Assembly (NCBI GenBank): GCA_002633005.1
Contig: NMRA01001239.1
Span: forward strand, 1 to 36,722
Length of the DNA: 36,722 nt
Direction of reading: 5' to 3'
DNA from: Phoronis australis
Lineage: Eukaryota; Animalia; Phoronida
The notes beneath the pieces are model-generated. The model worked only from the letters and a program-made list of their open reading frames with translations, did no database searches and was not told the origin of the DNA. Positions 11,336-23,204 of the stretch are shown one piece after another. The position numbers and the translations under genes are program-made. The stretch's first letter is position 1. Each line of letters starts with the position of its first letter.

Positions 11336-14300
11336 GAGGTGGAGCGCAAGTTTGCTGATGCCGCTGAAGAATTGTTGATGCAAAAACGACCAGACTGCGA
11401 TGACAGAGAAACTGGTATGAGGTTCATTTTGGAGCGTACCCAAGGCAACTCCGAATGTAAAGTAAAGGACTTGCAGTTCGTGTCTGCGGGTAATGGTACG
11501 TTATATTTATTCATGACATTTTCTATCGTTTGAAACGTTATAATGATCTGGTGTGGACACACAACATTTCCGTCCCACGGAAAGCTTGTACTGTGCATGA
11601 TGAATATATCCAAAGTGAGTTAAATTTATCCAACATATGTATGAGGACAATAACTGAAAATCTGCATCATTTAATTTAAAAATAGACAATTGGAAACTGA
11701 GAAATATCACAATGCATAAGATCTCAGAAAATATTGAATTTTAGAAATGTGAATTATGACTCAAATTTATTAAATGTTGTCAAATGCCTTATATTCCTGT
11801 CCCATTTTTTGAAGTAAGGGGAAGTAATGGCGAAACAGTTGGATAACTGTGCATTTAATTTTTCTTCTTTTCACTATCAGAGGTACTACAATATAGAATA
11901 CATGTAATACTATAACTACGAATATTGTCCTCAAGCGTAAAGCAGGGACCAGGCAGTGTAACTGAGGCGGTCAGATATGTTTACTGGAATAAATCTAATA
12001 CCGTAAAAATAAAAGAGAATAATAGTGTATCTACTGTTACAATGATAAATCTTCAGAGAATTAATATACTACAGTGTATAGAAAAATAAAACATGAAATG
12101 ATAAATCCAGCTTTATTTTTGTTATAAACATGTTATTATTTCAACTGGCAATTATTTTTTCAAGTGGCATTCCACATTTTGAGTTTTTCATTAAATCGTG
12201 ATTCAACGTTAGTCAAAATACTTATGCAAAACTAGTTGAAACTGATCAAACTTACTAATACTAAGTGATTGAAAGCTTTTTTGATTCGAAATAATGTCAG
12301 TTAGTCAGAATACTCCAACGTGTTGTTTGACTAACGTCAAAATTATATAATGTAGTTTTGTGCCAAGGAAAATGTTAGTTGCAATTCTCCTTTGTAGATG
12401 AACACCATTGACTAAAGCTATCCATTTGGAACGTTCGTCAGGATTCATCACTGCACATTTATGCCACGACTAACGCTATCCATGGGGAACGTTAGTCAGA
12501 ATTCACCACTGTACACTCATGCCATCGACTAACGCTATCCATGGGGAACGTTAATCAGAATTCACCACTGTGGAGTCATGCCATCGACTAACGCTATACA
12601 TGTGGAACGTTAGTCGATTGCATGGATGTATAAGTGGAGAATTCTGACTAACGCTATCCATGGGGAATGTTTGTCAAAATTCACCACCGTGCGATCATGC
12701 CATCAACTAACGTTTCCAAACTACACACTCATTATCATACTGTTTAGTAATGCATAATGATAGGAACATGACAGTAGGGTAAATATCCACAAACCAGAAT
12801 TCAATTCCTTGTTTGATGCTTGCCATTGGAATTTTAGTTGGTTTAGTTTACTTAGTGCACAACCTTCGTCAAACAATGTCAATCATCATCTCTACTTTCA
12901 AAGCTTTTGACATGACTGCTTTAATCTGGCAAGTTGTGTTTGTTAAAACACCCCAGCTGCCACATGTCTGTTCTGTCGACACTTTCTCAGTCGATGGTAC
13001 ATGGTCTCCCTATAGTGACTTGCCAATGTGAACCTTTTGCAGTCAGAATGATAAGCTTAATAAGACCGCATCTAAAATAACATATTTTTAATACTATTCT
13101 GATAATTCATGAACTACTACTTAGAAGCATTGATGTTCATACTTAGTGAATATATTCATTTTCTAAGTAATTGCATGGTATGGACTCCCTCTGTATTGAA
13201 GTTTGTGTAATGGTATCAACAATGCATTTCTGCTTGAGGGGTGGTCAGCATTTGACGCTTACCCATGGCTTTTATCCACTAAACTGCTGCATTACCTATA
13301 TTTATATAATTGACCAAAATATCAAACTATGTATCAAATAATTTGACAAAAAATACCAGTTAACCATGTGAGCTTTGATAAAAATTTACATGGCAGCACG
13401 ACTGAAATGTCATAGCGAGGCTGCGCCTGAACCTTTCCCGCCGGAATTAGGGGCGGATCCAGTATTAGGAGTTAGGGGTGCAGGGCGAAGGAATAACGAC
13501 AACTTCCCCTCATGGGCGCGCCTAGTCTAAAATGTATCGAAGTAGGGGGTCTCGAATTTTTGGGTTTGTGGACATTATTACAAAAAATGGGATTTGTTCA
13601 AGGCCTATGCGTTGTGCATTCATCCCCCGAGCCCCTCTGGGTGCGCGCATATGCTAGTCACCAATTCGCACCCTGAACTTCCAAATGGAATCTGGGAGAA
13701 TTTTAGGGGGGGCATGGCCCCTTTGCCCCCACCCCCAAAATCCGCTACTAGGAACCAAACACACGGCGGGTAGAAATTAAATGTAGTTACATATACATTT
13801 AGAAGGCTACCTTTTCCTTGCCAGTCTTCACGAAGTCAGAGAGCTTATTCAGTCTACTTAATTAAATGAATCCATATATTAAGAAGTAGTCAACTTTTGC
13901 ACACCCTTTAAATGGTTACTTAATCCAAACAAATACAATAATTCATCCAGGTTTGTTACGACTCATGGACAGACAATAAGAGTAATGAACTGAGTGGCTC
14001 AGTGATTTGATGTCGGGACTTCTGTTTTGGATAGACCCGAGTACGAATCTGGCTTCAATGACTGCCATTCGAGCATTGCACAAAGGTGTCTGCCCTCTGA
14101 GCACGGTCTTACTAGTGATTATGTGCAAGGGTGTGAATTAGACCCTGGATATAGCTCGAAAGTGTATCCTGAGGCTGTGCTTATATTCGAGAAAAAATAA
14201 ATCTCAGAGTTCTGGTTTTGGACGTTGGCATTCGAAATAGTGAACTTTCAAAGATGGCGAACCTTTGGAGTTGTGGAACTTCAAAGTAGCGAACCGTCGG

Positions 14301-17300
14301 CATTGGGGCACCTAACCTTGGAAATGTTTTTCATCAACTTTAAGTTGCTCACATGAAGTCTGTGAGGGTGTGCACCACTGACACTAGTGACAAGATAAGT
14401 CTATCCTCATTGAACAAAGTGTTTAGTGGGTCTAGAAATACTTTCCCCCCAAAATGTGAACGTGCTCATTTGTGTTTTCTCAGAGAAAGCAAACACGGTT
14501 ATAGTTAAATTCTGAGCGACTACGAAGGGTTTCCTATTGTTAACTTACCGTCGGCTTCTACTGAATTTAAAAGGACGGAAACTCACACACGTCTACACGC
14601 ATGCATATGAATCCACCCATCCACAATCGAATTGGACACTATATGAGAAACATACGTGTATTTGGCGAACACTTTCAATTCCAAATTTGAAGACGCCTGT
14701 CCTTTATCGTACTATGCTAGCAAGCAATATTAGATAACAAACGTTTTTTCTGCTGTTTTGTTTCTTGCTCGATTTTAAGGCATTTGCAACGAACTTTGAC
14801 TTTTTTGGAGCTCTCTCACTGCCATATAGCTTAGCCACGGAATTTAGTTCTAGACTTCATTATTTCCCTACGTTGTAACCACCACTCGTATTCAACGCTG
14901 TTGAGTAACATATGATGCCTCCTCTAATCGTCTGCACGATCTCAATGTCATCTACTCAAATACCACTCGGTCGAAGTTTGACGGATACGGCCGATGATTA
15001 CGTGAAGCAATTTGAATCAAAAGCAAATTCTAAATTATAACTAACTTAGTTAAGATTCGTAGTTAGTAGTACCAGTAGCTACAACAGTTTTGTTGTTGCC
15101 CATTTGTATCTTAACCTTAACGGATAGGCTAGGGCTGCACCTTTTTTCGCGGAGGGGGGGTCGTTCGAACCTCTCCTGGCTACGGGCCTGCAAAAGACCC
15201 ACACTACTGTTATACAAGTATCATTATCTTGGCAGAAAGTTTCATTTCAGCTTGGCTCCGTTCACAAGGGTGGGAAACCAATATCCCTTAATTTTAATTT
15301 TAATATTGGTTTCATTTTAGATCACTCTTCGCCGAGCAGGAAATCTTCAGCCGGCTTTGGATCACAAAGATGCGTTGGTAAAGATACGACGGCGGTAGAT
15401 TATCACAAGTCACTGTGTGAAGCATTCAAATCCATTGCTTTGATAGTTTGGGGTTCGCATCAAGGCACTGGTTTTGTAGTGGGCTGCAAGGGCTACATCA
15501 TGACTAACTGCCACGTTGTTCCGGATCATAATTCTGGTAAGACTTTGGCGGCTAAGATAGGGTGCAAATACAGACGCTGCAGAACTTCCGAAAGAGCCCT
15601 CTGAACACATTTGGGATATTCCTTTTTTCCAATATCTTCCAATAGGGGATTTTAAATAGCGGCGCTCTTTGGAGCTCAAAAGCGGCATCTCCTTGGCATG
15701 GGCGGCGCAACATAGGGGGGCTGGGGAGCCATAGGCCTAACTTTTTCCAGCACTATGCCGCACATGATCTATAGGCGGTGCACCACAGGGGAGCTAAAGG
15801 TGCTTTAGCCCCCTTTTTTCAGTGCTTCGCCGCCCCAGTTTGATCCTGGCTTGAAGTTGGTTGGCAGAAATCCGGAATTACAACTGAGTGGCTCATTAAC
15901 ACAAAATCAGAGGAATAAGGTCTACTGTCAGTTCTTCCCATTGTTTGTTAGTGTAAATGTGCAGTAAATTCGACAAATAAAATTATTTTTGATTTTTGAC
16001 ACATTCCGGGATAAAATGCCTCCTACTTTCTTGCCATTATGTTGGAGGTATGGTTATCAAAACGGTGTTTATACTTGTAGGTTGAAACCTCCCGTCCGCA
16101 TTACATGTTTTCTGTATGTGGCGCCCGTCAGTCCACCAAAGACCCGATCGCCGTCTGGCGGGATAGTGAATTTCAATGTGGCGGGAATTATTTCAATATT
16201 TAGCTATGTATTGCCAGTGGCAGTGCCAAGATTGAACTTGAACAACTAGCTAGGTTTTGCTTTTGTTGAAAGCTTGGCTACGAAGATAGGCCTGAATTGC
16301 TTTTTACAACTTATCAACAGAAAGCATATTACTGGCCCTCTTAAACAAGGGAAGAATGAGAAATTGATGACATTTTACGCACACTTCAAAATATTTTTCA
16401 AGTGCCATGAATCGCATAGAAAACGCACGATATCATATAGTAAAATCTATGGGCGTTTCCGAACATTGATTCCGAAATATCACCCATTTGGCTTATTCTT
16501 GTTGGAGCTTCTTCTGGAAATTCACAGTTAGGCAGTGTAATAAAATGGTTCAGTAGTGCACTGCACCTTGAAATGTCCAAATACACTTCCAAATTGCCTT
16601 CCATGATTTTAATTCGAAACAAATTGATACAATGTAGCGTCGATGTGTGTGTTCTTTTGCATGGTCTGAAAACGTTTTTTTCGTAAACATACGTTCCTTT
16701 TGAATTCCATCCTGCAGTTGGTAAAAGATCGGTATCTTTTATATTTTGAATATTTCGCATGCCAGCGGAGTGTTCGCTTGGGTTCATTACAGATGCATCC
16801 AAATTCTTGAGCAGGGCTTTTTACATATACACTATGTCTATTCCATAAGATGTGACTTAACATTAAGTCAAAATGTTAAACAGACCTATTCACTACTCAA
16901 ACACTGTACGATGTCCTAAACCTGAGTCTAAGCTCACATGAGTTCAGAATGCATCTGGCCGCCGCGGACCGCCCTCGGTTCTTCTCAGGATTACCCCAAG
17001 TATGACAGATTGAATTGAGCGCGAACAATTGAAACTTAGTTCCGCTGAAGATTAGTTAAGTATTAGCTACTATGGTGAAGACGGTTGAAGTGTAAAGATT
17101 AAAATACGAGCTTTCATTAAGCGTTGTCAACTATAGTAAAAGGAACCATTAGAAAGTCCTCAAAGATTGTAAATGTCTGGATTATAAAGATGGTATATTT
17201 ACTTATGTTGGTGACCTTAAATAATCACTACCAGGATGTTTTCAGTATAGTCAATCTGTCCTCTCTTATGTCATCCACAACAACTCCCGAGCCATAGACA

Positions 17301-18367
17301 GCATATACAATGTCTATGGTCCAAATAGTGACATTGACAGACTTAGCCTAATCCAATTGTTTTGTATCCTCTGTAAGTTATTCGGAATCCTGTGTTTGGA
17401 CTTTCAGTTTTCGAACCACCGTGTGCTGCAGTGTTTCACTACGACTCCCAAACATCAACCGATGTAAGTTGCTGCATGCTCGAACCATTCCCAGTCATCA
17501 AAAATCCTGACCTTGACTACGCAGTCCTAAAGCTGGACCCAAGTCGACCATTGCACAAGGACTTTGCCAAGTACAAGAAAACGGACCCTATCCCGGCCCC
17601 TCTAAAGGAGTTCATAGAGATCGGGGATCACAACAAAGTCACATTTGCGGGACACCCTTGTGCTAAAGAAAAAGTAGTTGACTTCCAGTGTGATGTTTAC
17701 CATAGTCATAAGGATCCGGAGTTTGAAAAAATGGTGTGTGTTTCATGATTACTAATTATGTATAATATGATTGCTTAAGAGTGTTATATGAACACTGACT
17801 TGTACAGTGTTCAGGGTAATAGTTCTTAATAAGCACTCTTTTGCTGACATCCTCTGTTTATTACAACGAGCAAAAGTTTGTGACTGTATGTGAAAATAGT
17901 TTCAGTTGTTTGCTGGGAGTTACTTATCGTTTTTGAACAAAGGTGGTTATCTACAACAATAAAATACGTATTTCTTAACAAAGAGGCTGGGATCTATGCA
18001 TGTCTGTATCAAGTGGATAACTACTTCATGTATTGCGTCATTTCAGCGTGATGAAAGAAAGCGTTGGTCCCATGACAACTTTCGCAGAGACATCTTCCCG
18101 TGCTTGGATGACCCCAACAGGGTGCTCTACCATTCCAGCTCATCCTTCACCAACGGGAGTTCGGGCAGTCCCGGTTTTGTCCCCGGCATCAACCAAGAGG
18201 CTCGCGTTTCTGTGCTTCACGCTTTTGCGCACCCGGATGTACCACAAGGATCTACTGTCACTATTCCGGTGGAGTACCGCATAGAGCAGGGGATCAAGAT
18301 TGAAGCAATATGCAAAGATATAAAGGGTAAAAATCCAGCTTTGTGTTTGGATATTTTTGGAGTTTAA
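8155..18367 (+). CDS. FAM111A-like: 5'-partial multi-exon gene: ankyrin repeat, poly-Q linker and FAM111-like trypsin-like serine protease (~400 aa traced)
   Basis: join(8155-8253,10675-10785,11285-11414,15321-15536,17408-17733,18047-18367). All introns are GT-AG with compatible phases 0,0,1,1,0. Triad motifs TNCHVV, DLDYAVLKL and GSSGSP, plus FAGHP, IEQG and a C-terminal DIK..N..L..DIF reminiscent of FAM111. Confidence 0.85.
8290..8513. repeat. 224-bp segment duplicated at 10351-10574 (probable haplotype overlap at an assembly gap)
   Basis: The copies differ at 7 positions by my alignment, and the second copy starts immediately after the only N in the window (10350). Confidence 0.8.
8514..10349. 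mobile_element. Intronic repeat insertion with ~350-370-bp tandem units and palindromic GCGGAACGGTTCCGC motifs
   Basis: Three units at ~8514-8880, ~8881-9226 and ~9227-9592, followed by degenerate units and a ~21-bp minisatellite TGCGTAATATTCCGCAAAATC at 10053-10152. Confidence 0.65.
10675..10785 (+). CDS. Exon: degenerate/capping ankyrin segment
   Basis: gcag|GCC...AAG|gtga, 111 nt, phase 0-0, encoding AGESADRVCGRDPRYEIKVFARKPNEESIKKMKTYLK. Confidence 0.75.
11285..11414 (+). CDS. Exon: poly-Q / coiled-coil-like linker
   Basis: tttcag|AAA...ACTG|gtatga, phase 0-1, encoding KVLQRE(Q)11EVERKFADAAEELLMQKRPDCDDRET. Confidence 0.75.
11303..11335 (+). repeat. (CAA)11 coding microsatellite
   Basis: Pure CAA x11 in the exon reading frame, giving Q11. 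Confidence 0.95.
12405..12715. repeat. ~59-bp minisatellite, about 5 units, each with an internal hairpin
   Basis: Unit GACTAACGCTATCCATGGGGAACGTTAGTCAGAATTCACCACTGTACACTCATGCCATC, with inverted arms GACTAACG/CGTTAGTC. Confidence 0.85.
13405..14990 (+). repeat. Long interspersed repeat family A, copy 2 (intronic), interrupted by a MITE
   Basis: Direct matches to 5290-5860 (GTAGAAA.TAAATGTAGTT, GTCTTCACGA, TACTGAATTTAAAAG) and inverted matches to 24520-26290 (ACGATTAGAGGA, TGCTAGCAAG, TTACCGTCGGC). Confidence 0.65.
13448..13750 (+). mobile_element. MITE of the same family as 1785-2188
   Basis: TAGGGGCGGATCCAG...AATCCGCTACTA termini and shared internal sequence. Confidence 0.7.
15321..15536 (+). 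CDS. Exon: protease N-terminal part with catalytic His
   Basis: ttttag|AT...TCTG|gtaaga, phase 1-1, encoding ...SIALIVWGSHQGTGFVVGCKGYIMTNCHVV. His codon at 15512-15514. Confidence 0.9.
15697..15837. mobile_element. Tandem dimer of ~70-bp palindromic mini-elements
   Basis: CATGGGCGGCGCA...TGCCGCACATG followed by TATAGGCGGTGCA...TCGCCGCCC; homologous to 18383-18522. Confidence 0.6.
17408..17733 (+). CDS. Exon: protease with catalytic Asp (alternative in-frame acceptor would start the exon at 17378)
   Basis: ctttcag|TT...ATG|gtgtgt, phase 1-0, containing NPDLDYAVLKL (Asp 17515-17517) and VTFAGHPCAKEKVVD. Confidence 0.85.
18047..18367 (+). CDS. Last coding exon: protease with catalytic Ser
   Basis: tttcag|CGT, phase 0, containing LYHSSSSFTNGSSGSPGF (Ser 18161-18163) and RIEQGIKIEAICKDIK. 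TAA stop at 18365-18367. Confidence 0.9.
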   Translation, partial: RDERKRWSHDNFRRDIFPCLDDPNRVLYHSSSSFTNGSSGSPGFVPGINQEARVSVLHAFAHPDVPQGSTVTIPVEYRIEQGIKIEAICKDIKGKNPALCLDIFGV

Positions 18368-18382
18368 ATATTCCCTACCTAG

Positions 18383-18522
18383 CACGGGCGGCGCACCAAA
18401 CGGGGCTTTGGGTGCAATAACTTTTTTTAGTGCTGCGCCGCCCATGGTCTATGGGCGATGCACCACAAGGGGGCTGAGGGGAGGCTATACCATCCCACTT
18501 TTTCAGTGCTGTGCCGCCCATG
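18383..18522. mobile_element. Tandem dimer of ~65-75-bp palindromic mini-elements in the 3' UTR
   Basis: CACGGGCGGCGCA...TGCGCCGCCCATG followed by TATGGGCGATGCA...TGTGCCGCCCATG. Confidence 0.65.
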
Positions 18523-19891
18523 TCTAGTTTATTGATACTTACATGGTTGAAGTGAGTCAAATTAGCATGACGACGGAGAGTTTCAACACGGAGAGACTCC
18601 GGAAAGGATCATTATGTGGTCCAATATTTTTTCTCCGATCTCTGTCTCAACTCACAAAGTCAGACTGGAAACACTGCCAGACATGCCACTGCACTGAGGC
18701 ACAAATTTCTACGTTTACTCGAAGCTATCCGTACGATTGGTGAGTTTTTAAATGGAGTTTCGAGTAAAGAGATTGGAGTAAATTTGTCGATGTCGCAGAA
18801 TTATATTTTTCAGCCAGATATTGTAATCAGTTTGTTTATGCTGCGGGTCTCTGTCTGTATTCCATCTAACCTGCTAACTGATAAACGAGTTGTAACATCG
18901 TTTTACTTAGTTTATGTGTTCCTCAATCTTGGGACTCTTCATTATCAAACACGCATCCACAGCGAAAGGTCTTCGAACTGGTATTCAGGAATCTTGAAAT
19001 AGTCTTTTAAAGCCTTGCCCTCACAGAATTGTGATAAAGATTTGGCTATTAATGGTCTTGTCTCATTTCATTCTATCTATAAATGTTATGTGAAATGTTT
19101 TGTAGAATTTTTTATTTTCCTTATTCAGTGGTGATGTCAACAATTTGTGCTCAAGATAGGGTGTAAACGCGTCAAACAATTAATTGCTTTTTCTTATATG
19201 TACAGTGTACCTTTACCAAAAATGAAACATGTCAATAATGTCTGTCGAACACGACTTCAAAATCCTTATTTTGATGTCACAGGTTTGTACACTTACACGT
19301 ATGTTAACATTAGAAAACTGCGTGACATTGCAGGAACTGGATGCATTCTACTCACACTACATGTAACTCGTTTTAAGTAGAAATGAGTAATATCGTTGCT
19401 TAGCACTGATTCGTTCATTATTTTGTAAACTGTTACATGTAACTGGTGAACAACGTGAGAACGTTGTGTAGTTTATAATTAGAGTTTTTAAACATTAAAC
19501 TATTTGCCATTGTTATAAGAAGTATTAGATGTTAACAGCCGGGAAGCGTGCTTTCCTGTGGAAGGATTTGATAGCTTACAAAATATTGTACTCCTGGGGA
19601 ATCGTTGGTTTACAATTATTGAAGTCGCCTAGCGTCCAAAAGGAACCCCCAAAAGCACGTGGGCTCTCTAGTTTGTATCTGAAGGGTATTTTCGCTGTAT
19701 CGTCACCTTGGCCTGACGTTGCTACTGGCAGATGATGAGTTTTAACGATTTCAGTAGTATTTCTGTAATAGGCATGCAACTGAAGCTGTTACTGCAGAGC
19801 CTCAGGGTACATGTAGTTTTTTGGGTTCTCTCTTGGCCTGGGCTTTTTCAAGTACCACGATACTGGGAACGTACCACAGCAACGGTACTAA

Positions 19892-21030
19892 TTTTTATGC
19901 ACCCATATATTTATATGTGGACGCATGTTGCCGTCATCTCCGTCCGTCCGTCCATTTGGGCGGCGTCCGTCCGGCGTCAGGCGTCGCTGCATTATCTCCA
20001 AAACCCTTTGACATACGTTCATGAAATTTGGCACATGTGTTCCATTTATAAATGGGACGGCATGTGCGAACTTTCGGACGGATCCGACTACCGGTGTGAC
20101 CCCTAGTGGCAATTTGAGTTTATTACGCTTACCTTTGTATCTTCAAAAGTCTTGAACGGATTTTCATGAAATTTGGTATGTACAGTGTAGGCACCTATTA
20201 GTGAGATGACGCTTTCCTGCCGTTTTCAGATGGATTCGACATAGTTTGCGCCACCTAGTGGCCATTTTTAGTGTTTTCGAGTCTGTTTTTGTGCGTCCAC
20301 CCCTCTCTCAACCAAACCGCTCAAAGGATGATTGTGAAAATTGGCATGTATATGCTTACTATGTAGAGGACGGTTGACGATGATTTTCCGACGATTTCGA
20401 CCACTATGGCGCCTCCTAGTGGCAGTTTTGTTTTTTGCGCCTATGGCTGTATCTCCTAAACCGTTCGCAGGATAGTTACGAAATTGCGTAAGTATATTTA
20501 TATGATGTTACAACGGAAGATGACGACTTTTGGACGGATCCGACTACCGGTGTGCCCACTAGTGGCAATTTTAATTTTTTTTACGCTTACCTCTGTATCT
20601 TCACAAGTCCTTAACGGATTTTCATGAAATTTGGTATGTAGGCACCTATTTGTGTGATGACGCTATCCTCCCGTTACCTAGTTTGCGACACCCAGTGGCC
20701 ATTTTTACTGTTTTTGAGTCTGTTTTTGGCGTCCACCCATCTATCAACCAAACCACTATAAGTATGATTGGCATGTATGTTCTTACTATGAAGAGGACGG
20801 TTGACGCTGAACTTCTTATGACTTTGATTACTGTGGCGCCTCCTAGTGACAGTTTTTTTTGCGCCCATGGCTGTATCTCCCAAACCGTTTGCAGGATCTT
20901 TACTCAATTTAGCAAATGTGTTTATGTGATGTTGACAACGGACGATGACGCCTTTAGGATAATTCTGACTACCGGTATGCCTCAAGTGGCAATTTTAGTA
21001 TTTTACATTGACCTCTGTATTTTCATAGGT
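19892..21030 (+). mobile_element. DINE-1/HINE-like non-autonomous Helentron-associated element with central tandem repeats
   Basis: Starts at TTTTT, then a short 5' hairpin (TGCACCCATATA..TATATGTGGACGCA), a GTCC microsatellite, and ~150-bp monomers (GAAATTTGG...CTAGTGGCAATTT) arranged in ~460-bp higher-order units. Confidence 0.7.
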
Positions 21031-21684
21031 CTTCAGGTGTATACTTTGTGTTACTTCGTGACTTTGAAGGAAAAGTTCCAAGTAGAAATTTGTTTCTGGC
21101 ATTCTAATGCTGTACTAAGCTCGTATGTTGGTAAATTTGTTTTTAATTCTAGGTTTCTGTTGTGCTTTCAGCAACTGATGTACATGTATAGGATGTGCTT
21201 GTATTATGAAGATCACTCACATTTTGCCCCTAGCCTGTTGAGGAGACAATGACCATGCCTTTCCATTTTGCAAAGTACAACATACTACATATACAGTGTA
21301 TGCCCTCTACTGGCCACTTTATGATAACAGTAAACAACCCTAGAAGGATACCGTATGCGGTGCAATTGTGGGCGCATTTCAACGCTCTGCGTTGCTCTTG
21401 TTCATTTTCGTATTAAAATTCCTGTTCATCATTTAGCTTTAAAATTTTGGGCATACGATAGGTCATACCTTTGAGCCGCTCCGTAGTCATTAGTAAATGT
21501 ACGTGTGTATACCAAGTGCAAACCAATGGTAGAAAAATTCATTTCTGAAAGCTTCACTAAACCTAAGGCCCAATTTCTATTTTTTCGCTTTCCTTTCATG
21601 CTGCAGTGTTGCAAATCAACTTTAATGAGGTCAAAACTCTATGTTAGTGTTCAACTTCTGTTTTTTTGTATTGGAGCGAATTGT

Positions 21685-21775
21685 AATGTGTGTTCCATAT
21701 TATTGCAGTGTGTTTTTCATAGTATTTTAATGTGTCTTTCATAGTATTGTTGTGTGTGTTTCATAGTAGTGTAAT
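21685..21775. repeat. Short degenerate minisatellite (GTGTGTTTCATAGTATT)
   Basis: About four ~21-bp units. Confidence 0.6.
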
Positions 21776-23204
21776 TTTGGTGGTACTCAACGGTTTTTGC
21801 TCTTTGGCTTAAAAAGCCAGTAAAATGTCCAACCTAACAGTCTGTTCCTAATCTTTGACCAAAGACCTCTAAACCTTACACAAATTCTACTGAATTTGAT
21901 TCTAAATTTGATTTTTCCATCTTGCAACTCCTGGATATTCAGCCAATCAATTGAAAACAACCAGCAGATATACAATATGTAAAGGCACTGAGGTCAGGTA
22001 AATCCAACTATTTCGTGCAAACCGTGTGTTGAAGAGCATTGTAATTTCTGCGTCAGAGTGTTAAATTCGTTTCTGTGACTATGATAAAAACAAGGTTGTG
22101 TAATCAACATTTTATTGTATTATGTAATTACCCTAGGTTTTGCGTAAACGTTGGTCTGAAGACGTCATTTTTTCGATTAGTGTCAAAAACAGCTTCAATT
22201 TGAGGCCTGTGCAGTTTTGAAGTCTCGAAGTGTTCACTACTTCAGTTTTTAGGGCTCTCTGGATTTTGGAGGAACTGACAATTCTTTATTGCCGGAGACT
22301 CCGGGTGTAAAATGAGTCGCTGGACCAAACTTATACTTATTGGGTCTTTAGCTGTCTTGAGAAATAAGCTTAACCAACTTGGAGTTCTTCTAAAGTCCAT
22401 AAATAACTTCTTGTCTGCCTATCTAACCAAAATGCACGAGGCTCTAATCCAAATTGAGAAGGTGGTCTTTTGATGCTGTGTACCCTTTAAACACAGTCGG
22501 AATTGCATAAGTACAAGTAGACTATGACATTACAAGACATGAGAGTTCAAGAAATACTGTGCAAGCCACTTATATGACGCAATGTCACATCATCGCTAGC
22601 TATATATACATGTACATTAACTTTCTCTTGTTATTGCATGTATGCTATATATCCTAATGCTACATGAGTTACCATTGTATGTGTTAAGCCGTTTGTGTGA
22701 TTTAGACATAAATTAAAGTTTGCTGCAGCTACATATGTTTCTATTGTTGCTTTCGGGACTTAGACGTAATTTAAAGTTTGTTTCCCCTGACTTGATCTAT
22801 GTACAGCATCAATTTGTGGTACTCAAAGTATTCCATTTGGTTGTCTTACAAAAGAATCATTTTTAAGTTGATTTATGAGGCAAATTTGTGTAAACAGATA
22901 TAAGCGTGTTGCGACAGTAAAAACTATGAATATGGAACCGTTTAGTGATCGATATACATGTCCCAACATTAGAGTTTTTGAAGGGTAGAGTGTGGGGAAG
23001 CAATACAATTAGCGATTTCTAGTGTCGCTGCACATTGGCGAAGTAATAGTTTACTTGTGTTGTTGGTTGGCCTATTACAAAACAGTTATTCAAGTTTATT
23101 CGATGTCGTACATGTATTCGTCAATTTCCATAATATGACGTTTTCAATTCTATCACTGCTTATTACCGTATTGATATACGTTGACAATAATTCCATGCGG
23201 TAAC

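Noticed and set aside
11117-11613. Minus-strand poly-Leu and poly-Cys ORFs
   Set aside because: They are antisense readings of the (CAA)11 repeat.
12405-12715. CRISPR-like array of palindromic repeats
   Set aside because: The spacers are near-identical rather than unique, the context is a eukaryotic intron, and there are no cas genes.
18535-18546. ATACTTACATGG resembling the U1 snRNA 5' end
   Set aside because: The match does not extend into U1 stem-loops or an Sm site.
20650-21252. 200-aa ORF
   Set aside because: It lies mostly in HINE tandem repeats, has a non-ATG start and shows no protein motifs.
21980-22490. Kolobok-like element (AAAGG...CCCTTTAA)
   Set aside because: The TIR match is too weak and the left TTAA is absent.
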